DNA of 64,000 nucleotides from Dictyostelium discoideum. Taxonomy: Eukaryota. Below are positions 39,409 through 49,115 of this stretch, one piece after another. The first letter of the stretch is position 1. Each line of letters opens with the position of its first letter. Made by a program: the position numbers and the translations under genes. The notes under the pieces were generated by a model. That model worked only from the letters and a program-made list of their open reading frames with translations, was not told the origin of the DNA and did no database searches. The stretch is taken from NCBI GenBank assembly GCA_000004695.1, contig CM000151.3, positions 6,528,001-6,592,000 on the forward strand. The letters are read 5' to 3'.

Positions 39409-40559
39409 TTATTTTTTATTATGTAATGATCTTAAATCTTTACGAATTATTTTACCAGTTGTAGTAGTTGGTAATTCATTAATGAATTCAATTTCTCTTG
39501 GATATTCATGAGCAGATAATATTGTTTTTACATAATTTTGAATATCTTTTTTTAATTGATCAGATTTAGAATAGGAAGGATTTAAAACAATGAAAGCTTT
39601 TACTATTTCACCACGAATTTCATCAGGTACACCTACCACACCAACATTTGAAACTGAAGGATGTTTTAATAAACAATTTTCAATTTCTGAAGGACCAATA
39701 CGATAACCACTTGAATTGATTATATCATCATCTCTACCAACATACCAAATATAACCATCACTATCTTTTCTACCCAAATCACCAGTTACTAACCAATCAC
39801 CATTCATTTTCTTTTTAGCAGCTTTATCATTATTCCAATAAGTTAAAAATGCAACTGGATCTGGTGTTTTCAAAGCAATATCACCAACTTGATCAATTGG
39901 TAAAATCATACCATTCGAATCAATAATTTCAACGATATGTCCAGGTATTGGCTTACCAATTGAACCATTCTTGATTGGAAAAACTGATGGACAATTACCA
40001 ACCAATAGATTTGCTTCGGTTTGACCATAGAATTCTGCAATTTCAACATTGAATTGTTCTTTACCCCATTGTAATAGTTTTTCACCTAAACTTTCACCGC
40101 CACTTCCAATCGATGTCATATTAACAGGTGTTAATTTTAATTGCTCCTCTTGTTGTTTCATAATTTTCAACGCTGATGGTGGTAAAAATGCTGTATCTAC
40201 TTTATTATCAATCAATAGCTTACAAATCTTTTTTGGTTCAAATTTAGTCATACGATGAGCTAATACAGTTACACCATAATAAAGACTTGGAATTAATACA
40301 TCAAATAATCCACCAATCCATGCCCAATCTGCTGGTGTATAAAAAATATAATCATTTGTTGATTTTCTATTTGGAAAATTATTTTGTGGAAATTGTACAC
40401 CTGGTAAATGTCCTAATAAAACTCTATGTGCATGTAAACATCCTTTTGGATTACCTGTTGTACCTGATGTAAATATAATTACTGCTTCATCGTCTGATTT
40501 ACTTTTAATTGCTTCAAATTCTTTTGAATAATTTTCACTAATTTTATCATTCCATCTTT

Positions 40560-40601
<42 letters not shown>

Positions 40602-41092
40602 AAATTAATTAATTTTTAGAAATAAAAATAAATAAATAAATAAATAATTAATTAATTTAATTACTCTTCAATTAAATTACCATAATGTGAATTATTTTTA
40701 AAATTTTCAGATAATGTACCAAATACTATAATTTTTTTTAAATTTGGTAAACAAGGTAAAATTCCTAATAATTTTTCAAGATTTTCTAAATCTGTTAATA
40801 CACAACTTGTAGAAGAATTTGATAATCTAAATTCTAATGCTTCTGGACCAAATAATGTGAATAATGGCATTGTAATCATACCAGATCTTAATGTTGTTGT
40901 ATGTGATAATGCACATTCAAATCCTTGTGATAATAAAACTCCAACTCTATCTCTTTTCTTTAATCCAATCTCTTTATATTTATTTGCTAATTGATTTGAT
41001 TTAGTTTGTAAATCTTTAAATGTATATCTATTTTATAAAATAAAATAAAATAAAATAAAATAAATAAATTAAATTAAATTAATAAATAAATA

Positions 41093-41133
<41 letters not shown>

Positions 41134-41592
41134 CCAGAAAATTGTGTTCTAAAATAATAAAAAAATATATAAAATAATTTTAAAATACTCTTTAGATATA
41201 TTTTTATCTTCATCAATTATATGTTTAATTGCTATATGATTCATTTTATTTGGATCATTTGCATGTTTATCACAAATTTCTTGGCCAATATTAAAATATT
41301 CTGGTATATCCCATTTGAATGATTTATAGGCCTCTTCATAATTTTTTAAATTTTGAACTTTATTTAAATTTCTATCTAAAAATTCATAAGGTGTTGTTGA
41401 TGAATAAAATCTTTTATTATAAATATTATTATTATTATTATTTTTATTATTATTGATTAATAATGTTTTAGATGAACATGATGAATTTGTTTTTAATTTT
41501 ATAGAATTTAGTATTAGTTGTTTTTGTTTTGGTGTTTGTATAATAACTCCACTATTAAAGAATAATCTGTTTAGTTTTTGAGGAAATGACAT
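39409..41592 (-). CDS. AMP-dependent acyl-CoA synthetase/ligase (medium-chain ACS-like) with an N-terminal mitochondrial-type presequence, ~637 aa; three exons 41592..41189, 41027..40665 and 40555..39409
   Basis: The AMP-binding motif is IIFTSGTTGNPKG. The N-terminal block YTFKDLQTKSNQLANKYKEIGLKKRDRVGVLL and the C-terminal block ..GDLGRKDSDGYIWYVGRDDDIINSSGYRIGPSEIE..TTTGKIIRKDLR match the family. The introns are phase 2 (GA|GTATTT at 41188; GA|GTAATT at 40664; acceptors ..AATAG| and ..AAAG|), and the exons total 1914 nt. Confidence 0.7.
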
Positions 41593-41633
41593 TCCTTTAT
41601 TTTGTTTTTATTAATTTTTTGAAATTGAATGTG

Positions 41634-41666
<33 letters not shown>

Positions 41667-41778
41667 ATGATGTTGAAGTGATTTTTTTTTTTAAAAAAAA
41701 GTGGATATTATTTTTAAAAAATAAAAAAAAAATAAAAAATATAAAAAATAAAAATTATTACACACCAATGGATATTAT

Positions 41779-41814
<36 letters not shown>

Positions 41815-42029
41815 AAAATTGATTTTTTCCAATCGTTTTTTTAAGATAAGATAAATAAAAAAAAAAAATAAAAAAAAAAATAAAAAAAAAAATAAAAAAA
41901 TAAAAATTATATAAATTAAAGAATTATTATATTATTATTTTTATTTAATTTTTTTTTTTTTTTTTTTTTTTTGTTTTTTTTTTTTTTTTTTTTTTTTTGA
42001 AATTTACATTATTTATTTTATTTTTATTT

Positions 42030-42521
42030 CTAAACTAATAATAAATAAGAATCTTCTTTTATTTTTTTCTTTATATTTTCATCATCTTCAATAAGTGAGT
42101 AGTAATATTTTATAGTTGGAAATGAAGTTATACTATTGAAACGAAAACTTTTGTCAAATAAACTTTCTATATTATATGCTTTTTTAAGATATTTCCTAAA
42201 TTCTGACCTCTTTGTATATTTTAAAAATGAAAAATCTGCGTTACCATACACATCTATATATTCAAAAGGCACTTGACATTCTAATCTTTCTTCATGGCAA
42301 TTATTATTATTATTATTATTTTGATTAAATAATATTAAATTACTATTATTTGTGGAAATATTGTTATTTCCAATTATTTTTTCGTTGTCATCATTACTAT
42401 TATAATTATTATTATTAATATTATTAATATTATTATTTTGATTTAAAACATTATCATTTTTGGAAATATTTTCATTTAAAATATTACATGCTGCAACTAA
42501 AACTACTTTTTGATATCCCAT
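42030..42521 (-). CDS. Hypothetical protein (163 aa) with an Asn-rich N-terminal half and a C-terminal Cys/aromatic-containing segment; no recognised domain
   Basis: The ATG..TAA ORF is on the minus strand. Its C-terminal 80 aa (CHEERLECQVPFEYIDVYGNADFSFLKYTKRSEFRKYLKKAYNIESLFDKSF..) is not low-complexity. It is flanked by A/T homopolymers. Confidence 0.35.
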   Translation of the reverse strand: MGYQKVVLVAACNILNENISKNDNVLNQNNNINNINNNNYNSNDDNEKIIGNNNISTNNSNLILFNQNNNNNNNCHEERLECQVPFEYIDVYGNADFSFLKYTKRSEFRKYLKKAYNIESLFDKSFRFNSITSFPTIKYYYSLIEDDENIKKKIKEDSYLLLV

Positions 42522-42783
42522 TTTAAGTTTAAATTTTTAATAAAATAATAATGATAAAAAAAAAAAAAAGAGAATAAAAAAAAAAGAAAAAAAAAGTTTG
42601 AAAAAAAAAAATTTTTTAAAAAAAAGGTCAAATTTCCAAGAAAAACTAATTTTTTGTTGTTCCGTTATTTTTATTTATTTTTTATTATTTTTAATTTGTT
42701 TTTTTTCTTTACTTATTTCAAACTTTTGATGCTTTTTTAGTGTATCACTACCAATTATTTTTAAATAATTTAAATAAAAAAAC

Positions 42784-42825
<42 letters not shown>

Positions 42826-42978
42826 AAAAAACCCGAACGGCCCTTGTTCGGTTGGTCGCCTCTTTTATACTTTTATTTTATATTTTCTATGTACCGAATT
42901 CTTTACTTTTTTTATTAGGGGTTTAAATTTTCAAATGAAAAAAAAGGAAGATATTTATTGAAGAGTATTATTTTTTTT

Positions 42979-43105
42979 TAACCCCAATAATTCATTCTTA
43001 GAATGATTAATAAATTATTAATATAACTATTTCTTCTTTTTTTTTTTAAAAAAGGATAGTTATATTAATAATTTTAATCATATAACAATAAATTAATGGG
43101 GTTAA
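42979..43105. repeat. Foldback / long imperfect inverted repeat (~50-bp arms around a T10/A6 loop) about 245 bp upstream of the tRNA gene
   Basis: The arms are TTAACCCCAATAATTCATTCTTAGAATGATTAATAAATTATTAATATAACTAT and ATAGTTATATTAATAATTTTAATCATATAACAATAAATTAATGGGGTTAA. Their termini TTAACCCC/GGGGTTAA are perfectly complementary, and the 17 bp next to the loop are also perfectly paired. Confidence 0.45.
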
Positions 43106-43350
43106 AAAAAAAAAAAAAACAAATTATATTCTAATAAAATATCATATTAATTAAAAATTTATTAGGTTAATTAATTGAAAAAAATAAATAATTAAAAAGT
43201 TTATTTTTAATAAAGTTATATTTCCCTGTTTGCTTTATAACTTTTTTTAATTTTATTTAATTTATTAAAATAACAAATTTTAAATTTTTATTTTGGTATT
43301 TTTAATAAAAAAAATCAAATAGGTTCTATTGTTTGAAATTCAACATTAAA

Positions 43351-43432
43351 GACATCGTAGCAAAGTGGTCTAATGCGTCTGACTAGAAATCAGATCCCTT
43401 CGGGGGCGCAGGTTCGAACCCTGCCGATGTCG
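43351..43432 (+). tRNA. tRNA-Ser (anticodon AGA) with a long variable arm
   Basis: The acceptor stem GACATCG pairs with CGATGTC, followed by discriminator G. The anticodon stem-loop is TCTGA-CTAGAAA-TCAGA, giving anticodon AGA. The variable arm is the 13-nt stem-loop CCCTTCGGGGGCG. The T-arm is GCAGG-TTCGAAC-CCTGC, a B-box GGTTCGAACC. There is no intron. Confidence 0.85.
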
Positions 43433-43461
43433 ATACGTTATAAAAGATTTTTAATTTCCGA

Positions 43462-43472
43462 AGTTCGGGTCC
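43462..43472 (+). promoter_or_regulatory. External B-box-like element (AGTTCGGGTCC) 30 nt downstream of the tRNA
   Basis: It matches the B-box consensus GGTTCGANTCC at 8 of 10 positions. It sits between the tRNA 3' end and the retrotransposon 5' end, the arrangement typical of dictyostelid tRNA loci targeted by TRE3-type elements. Confidence 0.4.
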
Positions 43473-43699
43473 AGTTTTTAAGCCTATTAATAAATATTAA
43501 ATAAAACTCGTATTAAAAAAAAAAAACGAAAAAAACCGTACCGCGATCAAGAGGATACAAGATACACGTGAAAAGTAATTCATCCTTTTCTATCCTTAAT
43601 CTCGGTCAATTTTAACCAATCTTTCAAAAAAAATCACCAATCCACCACGATCTACAGATCTAACTTACCAAATCGCCGATTCAAAGGAATCCCATCGAG

Positions 43700-44953
43700 A
43701 TGAATTCCTACGCAGACGCGGCTAAAATGGCCAACCCCTCCACCCATATGGACGAGGCATCAGAGAACTTCATTAAGGAATTCTCCACAAAAACAGCAGA
43801 GATAAAGGAGACCTACCCCAAATTATCAATAGGCCTCAAAGACATCTCCAAATACTGCGAGACCATATTGAACATGACTGCGCTCTCAACCTACGAGAAA
43901 AACAACGGATTCTACCCAATTACACTCGAATTCCCCAAAATGGATCTCATGGGGTTAGAAGAAATGAGAAAAACACTCTCAAACTACGATATCCCAATCG
44001 ACAAGATATACATAGGCAAAGGAACTAGAAAAATGATCCACCTGATGATTAAAAACGAACAATCTCTCCTAAATATCATTAGAGATAGAAGCAAATTGGG
44101 AACCTTCATCACCTCCAGTAGAGACTACCACGTCCTCACAGGAAGAGTAAGAATTCCAAGAGAAAAGGCAGGAATAGTGGACGCCCTCATCAAAACTGCC
44201 TTTGCAGAAGAAATGCCCTATGCAATATACCATACTATATACTCCACCGACCACCTCCTAGTATTCGGTCTAATAGAATGCGAAATAGGCGATCAAATGA
44301 AATCTGGCCAACACAATACAGAAATCGCCAACTTTACCATCAGAACGGCCACCAAAACCTACTCCTCACAAAAGAAAAATAAGAAAGTAGAGTCAAACAA
44401 CACGGAAGAACCATTAGAAGATGAGATGACAGATGATCCTCCCAACATCCAAAACAGGATAGCAATCAAATCCTCTCAACCAAAACCACAACAACAAACA
44501 AACAACCCAGCAAACAATAAGTCTGATAAACAATCAACCCAAGAGAAAAAAGCCCAATCAAAAAAGTCCTCTCAACCTCTTCCCCCCAAAAACCAAGCAG
44601 AATCTCAATCTGTCAAACCCACCACAACCACTACCACAACATCCAACGCCATCCAAAAAGACAATGCCAACAAAACGAGCACTAACATCCATTCATCCTC
44701 GGAAAACAGAGAGAAGACACCAAACATCCCTCCATCACATAAACGCAAGAACGAGGAAATCCACTCAAACAACGAGGTCACCCAACTCTCACCAACAATA
44801 AACAGAAGCAACCCTTACATCCCATCCACCCCTAAGACACCTGTCAAAAATGAAAGGAAAGGAATCATTGAGAGCTTCATAGAGAGTATCTACCCTTCAC
44901 CATCCAAACCGCAGCTATACGACTCCCAAGAGGAGATCGATATCATCTCATAA
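43700..44953 (+). CDS. Retrotransposon ORF1 protein (417 aa) with a basic Ser/Thr/Pro/Gln-rich C-terminal half
   Basis: This is the first ORF of the TRE3-type element and ends one nt into ORF2's ATG. Its N-terminal half is non-repetitive (MNSYADAAKMANPSTHMDEASENFIKEF..). Confidence 0.7.
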   Translation: MNSYADAAKMANPSTHMDEASENFIKEFSTKTAEIKETYPKLSIGLKDISKYCETILNMTALSTYEKNNGFYPITLEFPKMDLMGLEEMRKTLSNYDIPIDKIYIGKGTRKMIHLMIKNEQSLLNIIRDRSKLGTFITSSRDYHVLTGRVRIPREKAGIVDALIKTAFAEEMPYAIYHTIYSTDHLLVFGLIECEIGDQMKSGQHNTEIANFTIRTATKTYSSQKKNKKVESNNTEEPLEDEMTDDPPNIQNRIAIKSSQPKPQQQTNNPANNKSDKQSTQEKKAQSKKSSQPLPPKNQAESQSVKPTTTTTTTSNAIQKDNANKTSTNIHSSSENREKTPNIPPSHKRKNEEIHSNNEVTQLSPTINRSNPYIPSTPKTPVKNERKGIIESFIESIYPSPSKPQLYDSQEEIDIIS

Positions 44954-47900
44954 TGGTAGTAATCAAAATCAACCAATGGAATGTCAGAGGTTGGGGCACT
45001 GACACCTCCTTCAAAAACAAAACAGACTTTATCAAATCCCAATCCCCCCCAAACTCATTGGCAATAACCATAGTCAATGAACTCAACGCCGACGCAACAC
45101 AAGCACACCAGCTATTTCCTGGCTCCATCATTAGCGCAACCAACAGAGGCAACGGAATAGGAATACTAAACCACAACAACCAAAACATAAAACTCTCACC
45201 AATATTCATAATAGAAGGTAGACTAATAATATCAGACATTCTAATAAAAGATACCACAACGAGAATCTTGGCCATATACGCCCCGGCCCAACCTGATAAA
45301 AGAAAAACACTAGCTTCAACACTAAACAAACACTTCAACAACCAATACCACAACCTAACGTCTAACCCTAAAAAAAACATCGACATCATAGCAGGCGACT
45401 TCAATTGTTTAGACTTCAATGACAATCACACATCAAATGATGACCAAGGCAACTTGACAACACAATCCCCAGATGAGATGGCCACAGTAATCGAAGCCAT
45501 CAGAATTTCAAATAACCTAATGGATATGGACCAACTAAATAAAAGACCCACCTTCTCAAGAACGATACACAACACAAACAATAACCTCACAAGAATCTTG
45601 GAAAGGAGACTAGACAGAATATACCTTAACAATAGCATAATCAACTACAGCCAATTATACTTAAGGAACCTAATCCCCCCAAAAATTAATGACATACCTC
45701 TATCAGATCACAACTTCCTATCAACCACCTTCACTCTACCCAACATACAGATGAACAAGCGCAGATGGAGATTAAAAAAATCCTCAATCCTCTCAAGCAT
45801 AATGCTTAAGAAAATAGACTTCCTACTTAACGATTATTCAAGGGAGCTGTCATCCAACCATAACTCTATTTCCTTCTCTCAACTCAACAGCTTACTAAAC
45901 AAAATAAAACAACTATACACAGAATTTCAAAAACAAAATGACTACAACAATAAGGCAAACATCAAAAATCTAATCTCCCTACTAGAGACAGAATTTAAAG
46001 ACCAAGCCTTCGCAACCCTTTCAGCAATAAATGAATCTAAAAAAAGAGAAGAACAACTTAAACAAGAATTGAACAACTATTGCGAAGAAACCTCACTCAA
46101 GTACATCTCCGCGAGAATCAAGAAAAGACACAATGATTTCACCATCAACGCAGTAAAAGATGCACAAGGTAGAACAATCAACAAACAGGAATTGATCGAA
46201 GAAGAATACGTAAAATATTACTCAAATCTTTATGACTACAAAGAAGATGACCCACCATCTCATTATGAAATGTTGGAAAATTGGACAGTGACCAGGGACT
46301 CAACATGGGACAACCTTGAAAATGAATTCACATCACAAGAGATCCTAGAAGTAATAAAACAATTGAACCCACACAAATCTCCAGGCCCAGATGGAATTCC
46401 AAACTTATTCTACATAACACACAAAGAAAAACTAGCTCCAATACTGGCCTCAGCATTCAACGACACTCTAAGAAATCCTCATCTAATTAGCAAAAATTAC
46501 AAAGAAGGCCTCATTATCACGATACCTAAAAAGGGAGACCCCGAACTAATCAAAAACAGAAGACCAATTACACTGGCTAACTGTATATATAAAATCCACT
46601 CAAAACTAATAAACAATAGAATAATCCCAATACTAACGAAAGTGATCAACCACAATCAAAAAGGTTTCGTACCAGGCAGATTCATTATAGATAATATCAT
46701 ATCAATGAACGAATTAATCAACTATTGTAATGATAAAAGAATTAACGGAATAATTACACTATATGATTTCGAAAAAGCTTTTGACTCGATCTCACACGGT
46801 TCAATACTCAGATCACTACAACACATCAACATTCCAACCAATATAATCAACCTGATAATGAATCTACTCACCAAATCTGAAGCAAGAATTGAAATTAATG
46901 GTAGAACTACTATACCCTTTGAGATCAAAAGAGGAGTTAAACAAGGAGATCCACTATCACCCACCCTGTTCGTCCTTGTAATAGAGGCTTTAGCTAGAAA
47001 AATTTTACAAGATGACCGAATTACTGGCCTTCCTCTAAACAACAGCAACCACAGAGAGAAATTCCAAAGCTTTGCAGACGACTCGGCTTCAATGGTCCCA
47101 GACTCTCAACAACTTGAATTAGTACTACAACACTTCAATTCATTTTGCAAAGCCACTTCCTCAAAACTAAACATCGACAAATCTTCATCAATTCTTATAG
47201 GCAACCCAGACAATACCAACCAAAGAATTCCAATATCTACAAATCCAGAAAGATACTTGGGATACTTCTTCACAGGCAAAGGGATAACAAGAAAAATGCC
47301 AGAAATATTAAACACAATAAGATCATCCTTAGTACTATGGAAAACCACTGACTCAACAATCAAAACCAAAACCAACATCCTCAAAGCATTCGCACTCTCT
47401 AAATTAACCTACTATTCATATGTAGAGAACTTTAAGGAAGAGGAATTAAACCAAATCAATAAATTAGTCGAATGGTTTTTATCGGCACCAAACAACAAAA
47501 ATGCTAGTGGATTTCAAGTTATTAATTTAATGAGAGCCAAAAGAGCAAGATACCCACTAAAAGTAGGAGGCTGGAACATTTGGAATATAGAATTGAGACA
47601 ACTGGCGCAGAAACTTTGGATTATAAACCAGTTCATCCTAGCACTAGAAACCAAACAAACAAACTCATCTCATCACAAAAGCTGGGAATATCAGATCCAA
47701 AAAAACAAATTCACATCCAGATACCTAAAAGAAAACTTAGACGAATGGAACAAAATAAGAATAAAAAAAGCAATCTTCAACAATAATCTCACATCCATAA
47801 AAAACGAAAATGGACAACCACTTTCACTGGCAGAATGGTATACCACAATTCAAGACCAAAATCCAACCATCCCTAAAACGGAATTCCAATCATCTCTAAA

Positions 47901-48657
47901 CTTAAGAGGCTACAGCTATAATCAACTCTTCAACAATATACTGAAGATAAAAGACCCTAAAACAAGAGACACAATGTTTAGATTCCATGCCAGATGCCTT
48001 CCAATAAACTACCTTCACAACAAACAATGCCCACTCTGCAAAGAAGATATGAGCAAAGACCCATACGGTCACCTGTTCTTCTCATGCAAGAAAACAAAAC
48101 AATTCATAAAAATAAATAAACTCAAAAATTTCATCTTTATTACCACAGGCAAAGGTAAAAACTGGCACCATACAAGAATTAGGCAAAATAACAATTTCAT
48201 TAATAGAATAACTCCAAAATTATCACCGACAGCCAAAAAAGATCAAGAAGTGAATGCAGATTACGCCAACCACAGATTCCACAAAGAATACTTTGAATGG
48301 AACTATAAAGCAATAGACTATGATCTAACCAGATCATTCGCATATAGAAACCTAATGGCCCTTATCCTCCACAACATTTGGATTTGGATTTGCAATCAAA
48401 TATACAGTGAAGATCCTTTAACAGATGAATCACTATCATACAGCTCCCTTCTAAAGAAATGGCACAAATTGGCCACTCTAGAATACATCAAAAAAGCAAA
48501 AGATCTGAAAAACTTATCAGCAAAAGACCATAATAACTTCAAAGATCCTAAGATCCTTCTCACTTCAACGATCAAGCTAAGAAAAACAACAGCTAATTAC
48601 TATTGTATTCCAGAATCATCTCTCCCAAATATTATATCTTTTGATCAATTCATATGA
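44953..48657 (+). CDS. Retrotransposon ORF2 polyprotein (1234 aa): apurinic-endonuclease-like domain, reverse transcriptase and C-terminal zinc-knuckle-like region
   Basis: The N-terminus MVVIKINQWNVRGWG.. is an EEP/APE endonuclease start. The RT blocks are ..FYITHKEKLAPILASAFN.., GFVPGRFIIDNI, ITLYDFEKAFDSISHGSI and QSFADDSASMV (the F/YxDD box). The whole ORF is intact with no internal stops. Confidence 0.8.
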   Translation: MVVIKINQWNVRGWGTDTSFKNKTDFIKSQSPPNSLAITIVNELNADATQAHQLFPGSIISATNRGNGIGILNHNNQNIKLSPIFIIEGRLIISDILIKDTTTRILAIYAPAQPDKRKTLASTLNKHFNNQYHNLTSNPKKNIDIIAGDFNCLDFNDNHTSNDDQGNLTTQSPDEMATVIEAIRISNNLMDMDQLNKRPTFSRTIHNTNNNLTRILERRLDRIYLNNSIINYSQLYLRNLIPPKINDIPLSDHNFLSTTFTLPNIQMNKRRWRLKKSSILSSIMLKKIDFLLNDYSRELSSNHNSISFSQLNSLLNKIKQLYTEFQKQNDYNNKANIKNLISLLETEFKDQAFATLSAINESKKREEQLKQELNNYCEETSLKYISARIKKRHNDFTINAVKDAQGRTINKQELIEEEYVKYYSNLYDYKEDDPPSHYEMLENWTVTRDSTWDNLENEFTSQEILEVIKQLNPHKSPGPDGIPNLFYITHKEKLAPILASAFNDTLRNPHLISKNYKEGLIITIPKKGDPELIKNRRPITLANCIYKIHSKLINNRIIPILTKVINHNQKGFVPGRFIIDNIISMNELINYCNDKRINGIITLYDFEKAFDSISHGSILRSLQHINIPTNIINLIMNLLTKSEARIEINGRTTIPFEIKRGVKQGDPLSPTLFVLVIEALARKILQDDRITGLPLNNSNHREKFQSFADDSASMVPDSQQLELVLQHFNSFCKATSSKLNIDKSSSILIGNPDNTNQRIPISTNPERYLGYFFTGKGITRKMPEILNTIRSSLVLWKTTDSTIKTKTNILKAFALSKLTYYSYVENFKEEELNQINKLVEWFLSAPNNKNASGFQVINLMRAKRARYPLKVGGWNIWNIELRQLAQKLWIINQFILALETKQTNSSHHKSWEYQIQKNKFTSRYLKENLDEWNKIRIKKAIFNNNLTSIKNENGQPLSLAEWYTTIQDQNPTIPKTEFQSSLNLRGYSYNQLFNNILKIKDPKTRDTMFRFHARCLPINYLHNKQCPLCKEDMSKDPYGHLFFSCKKTKQFIKINKLKNFIFITTGKGKNWHHTRIRQNNNFINRITPKLSPTAKKDQEVNADYANHRFHKEYFEWNYKAIDYDLTRSFAYRNLMALILHNIWIWICNQIYSEDPLTDESLSYSSLLKKWHKLATLEYIKKAKDLKNLSAKDHNNFKDPKILLTSTIKLRKTTANYYCIPESSLPNIISFDQFI

Positions 48658-48754
48658 TTAAAATAACCCTTCAGCTTAAATGATAAGCCTTTAAATAAAT
48701 ATTAAATAAAACTCGTATTAACACAGATGGACATATATCAATCTTGTTAATCCA

Positions 48755-48824
<70 letters not shown>

Positions 48825-49115
48825 AAATACTCAAAAAAAAACACCAACTAAGGTATTAGTCTAAAAAAGATAGGTGCCCAGCCCAGTTACAACCATGAAC
48901 CATTTTATCTAAGCAAAAAAAAAAAATAATGTAAAAAAAGTATTTTAAAAAAAGAAGAAAACACGTTAATTAAAAATAAAATGTTATTTAAAAACAAAGG
49001 GTTTTTTAATTAAAATTTATTTAAATATTATTACAGGTTTTTATTTTAACTAAAAAATTATATTTTACAAATAAATAATTAATATTAATATCACTAAAAA
49101 TTTTGAAATTACATT

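Larger units (their letters stand above)
43478..48819 (+). mobile_element. Full-length tRNA-gene-targeted non-LTR (L1-like) retrotransposon of TRE3 type, inserted ~50 bp downstream of tRNA-Ser, with a 5' UTR, overlapping ORF1/ORF2, a 100-nt 3' UTR and an A60 tail
   Basis: ORF1 (43700..44953) and ORF2 (44953..48657) overlap by 1 nt (TAATGG). ORF2 encodes an APE-like endonuclease at its N-terminus, a reverse transcriptase with the FADD motif (..FADDSASMV..) and a C-terminal Cys-rich CPLCKEDMSKDPYGHLFFSCKK. The poly(A) tail spans 48760-48819. Codon usage is much less AT-biased than in host genes. A 36-nt module is shared by the 5' UTR (43480-43516) and the 3' UTR (48685-48721). Confidence 0.8.

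Noticed and set aside
44069-47384. Several 60-160-aa minus-strand ORFs inside the retrotransposon (44069..44254, 44605..44811, 44943..45425, 45426..45644, 46722..47048, 47106..47384)
   Set aside because: They are antisense to the intact ORF1/ORF2, and their lower AT content allows long spurious frames. The plus-strand internal ORFs 47145..47351 and 47580..47786 are alternate frames of ORF2.
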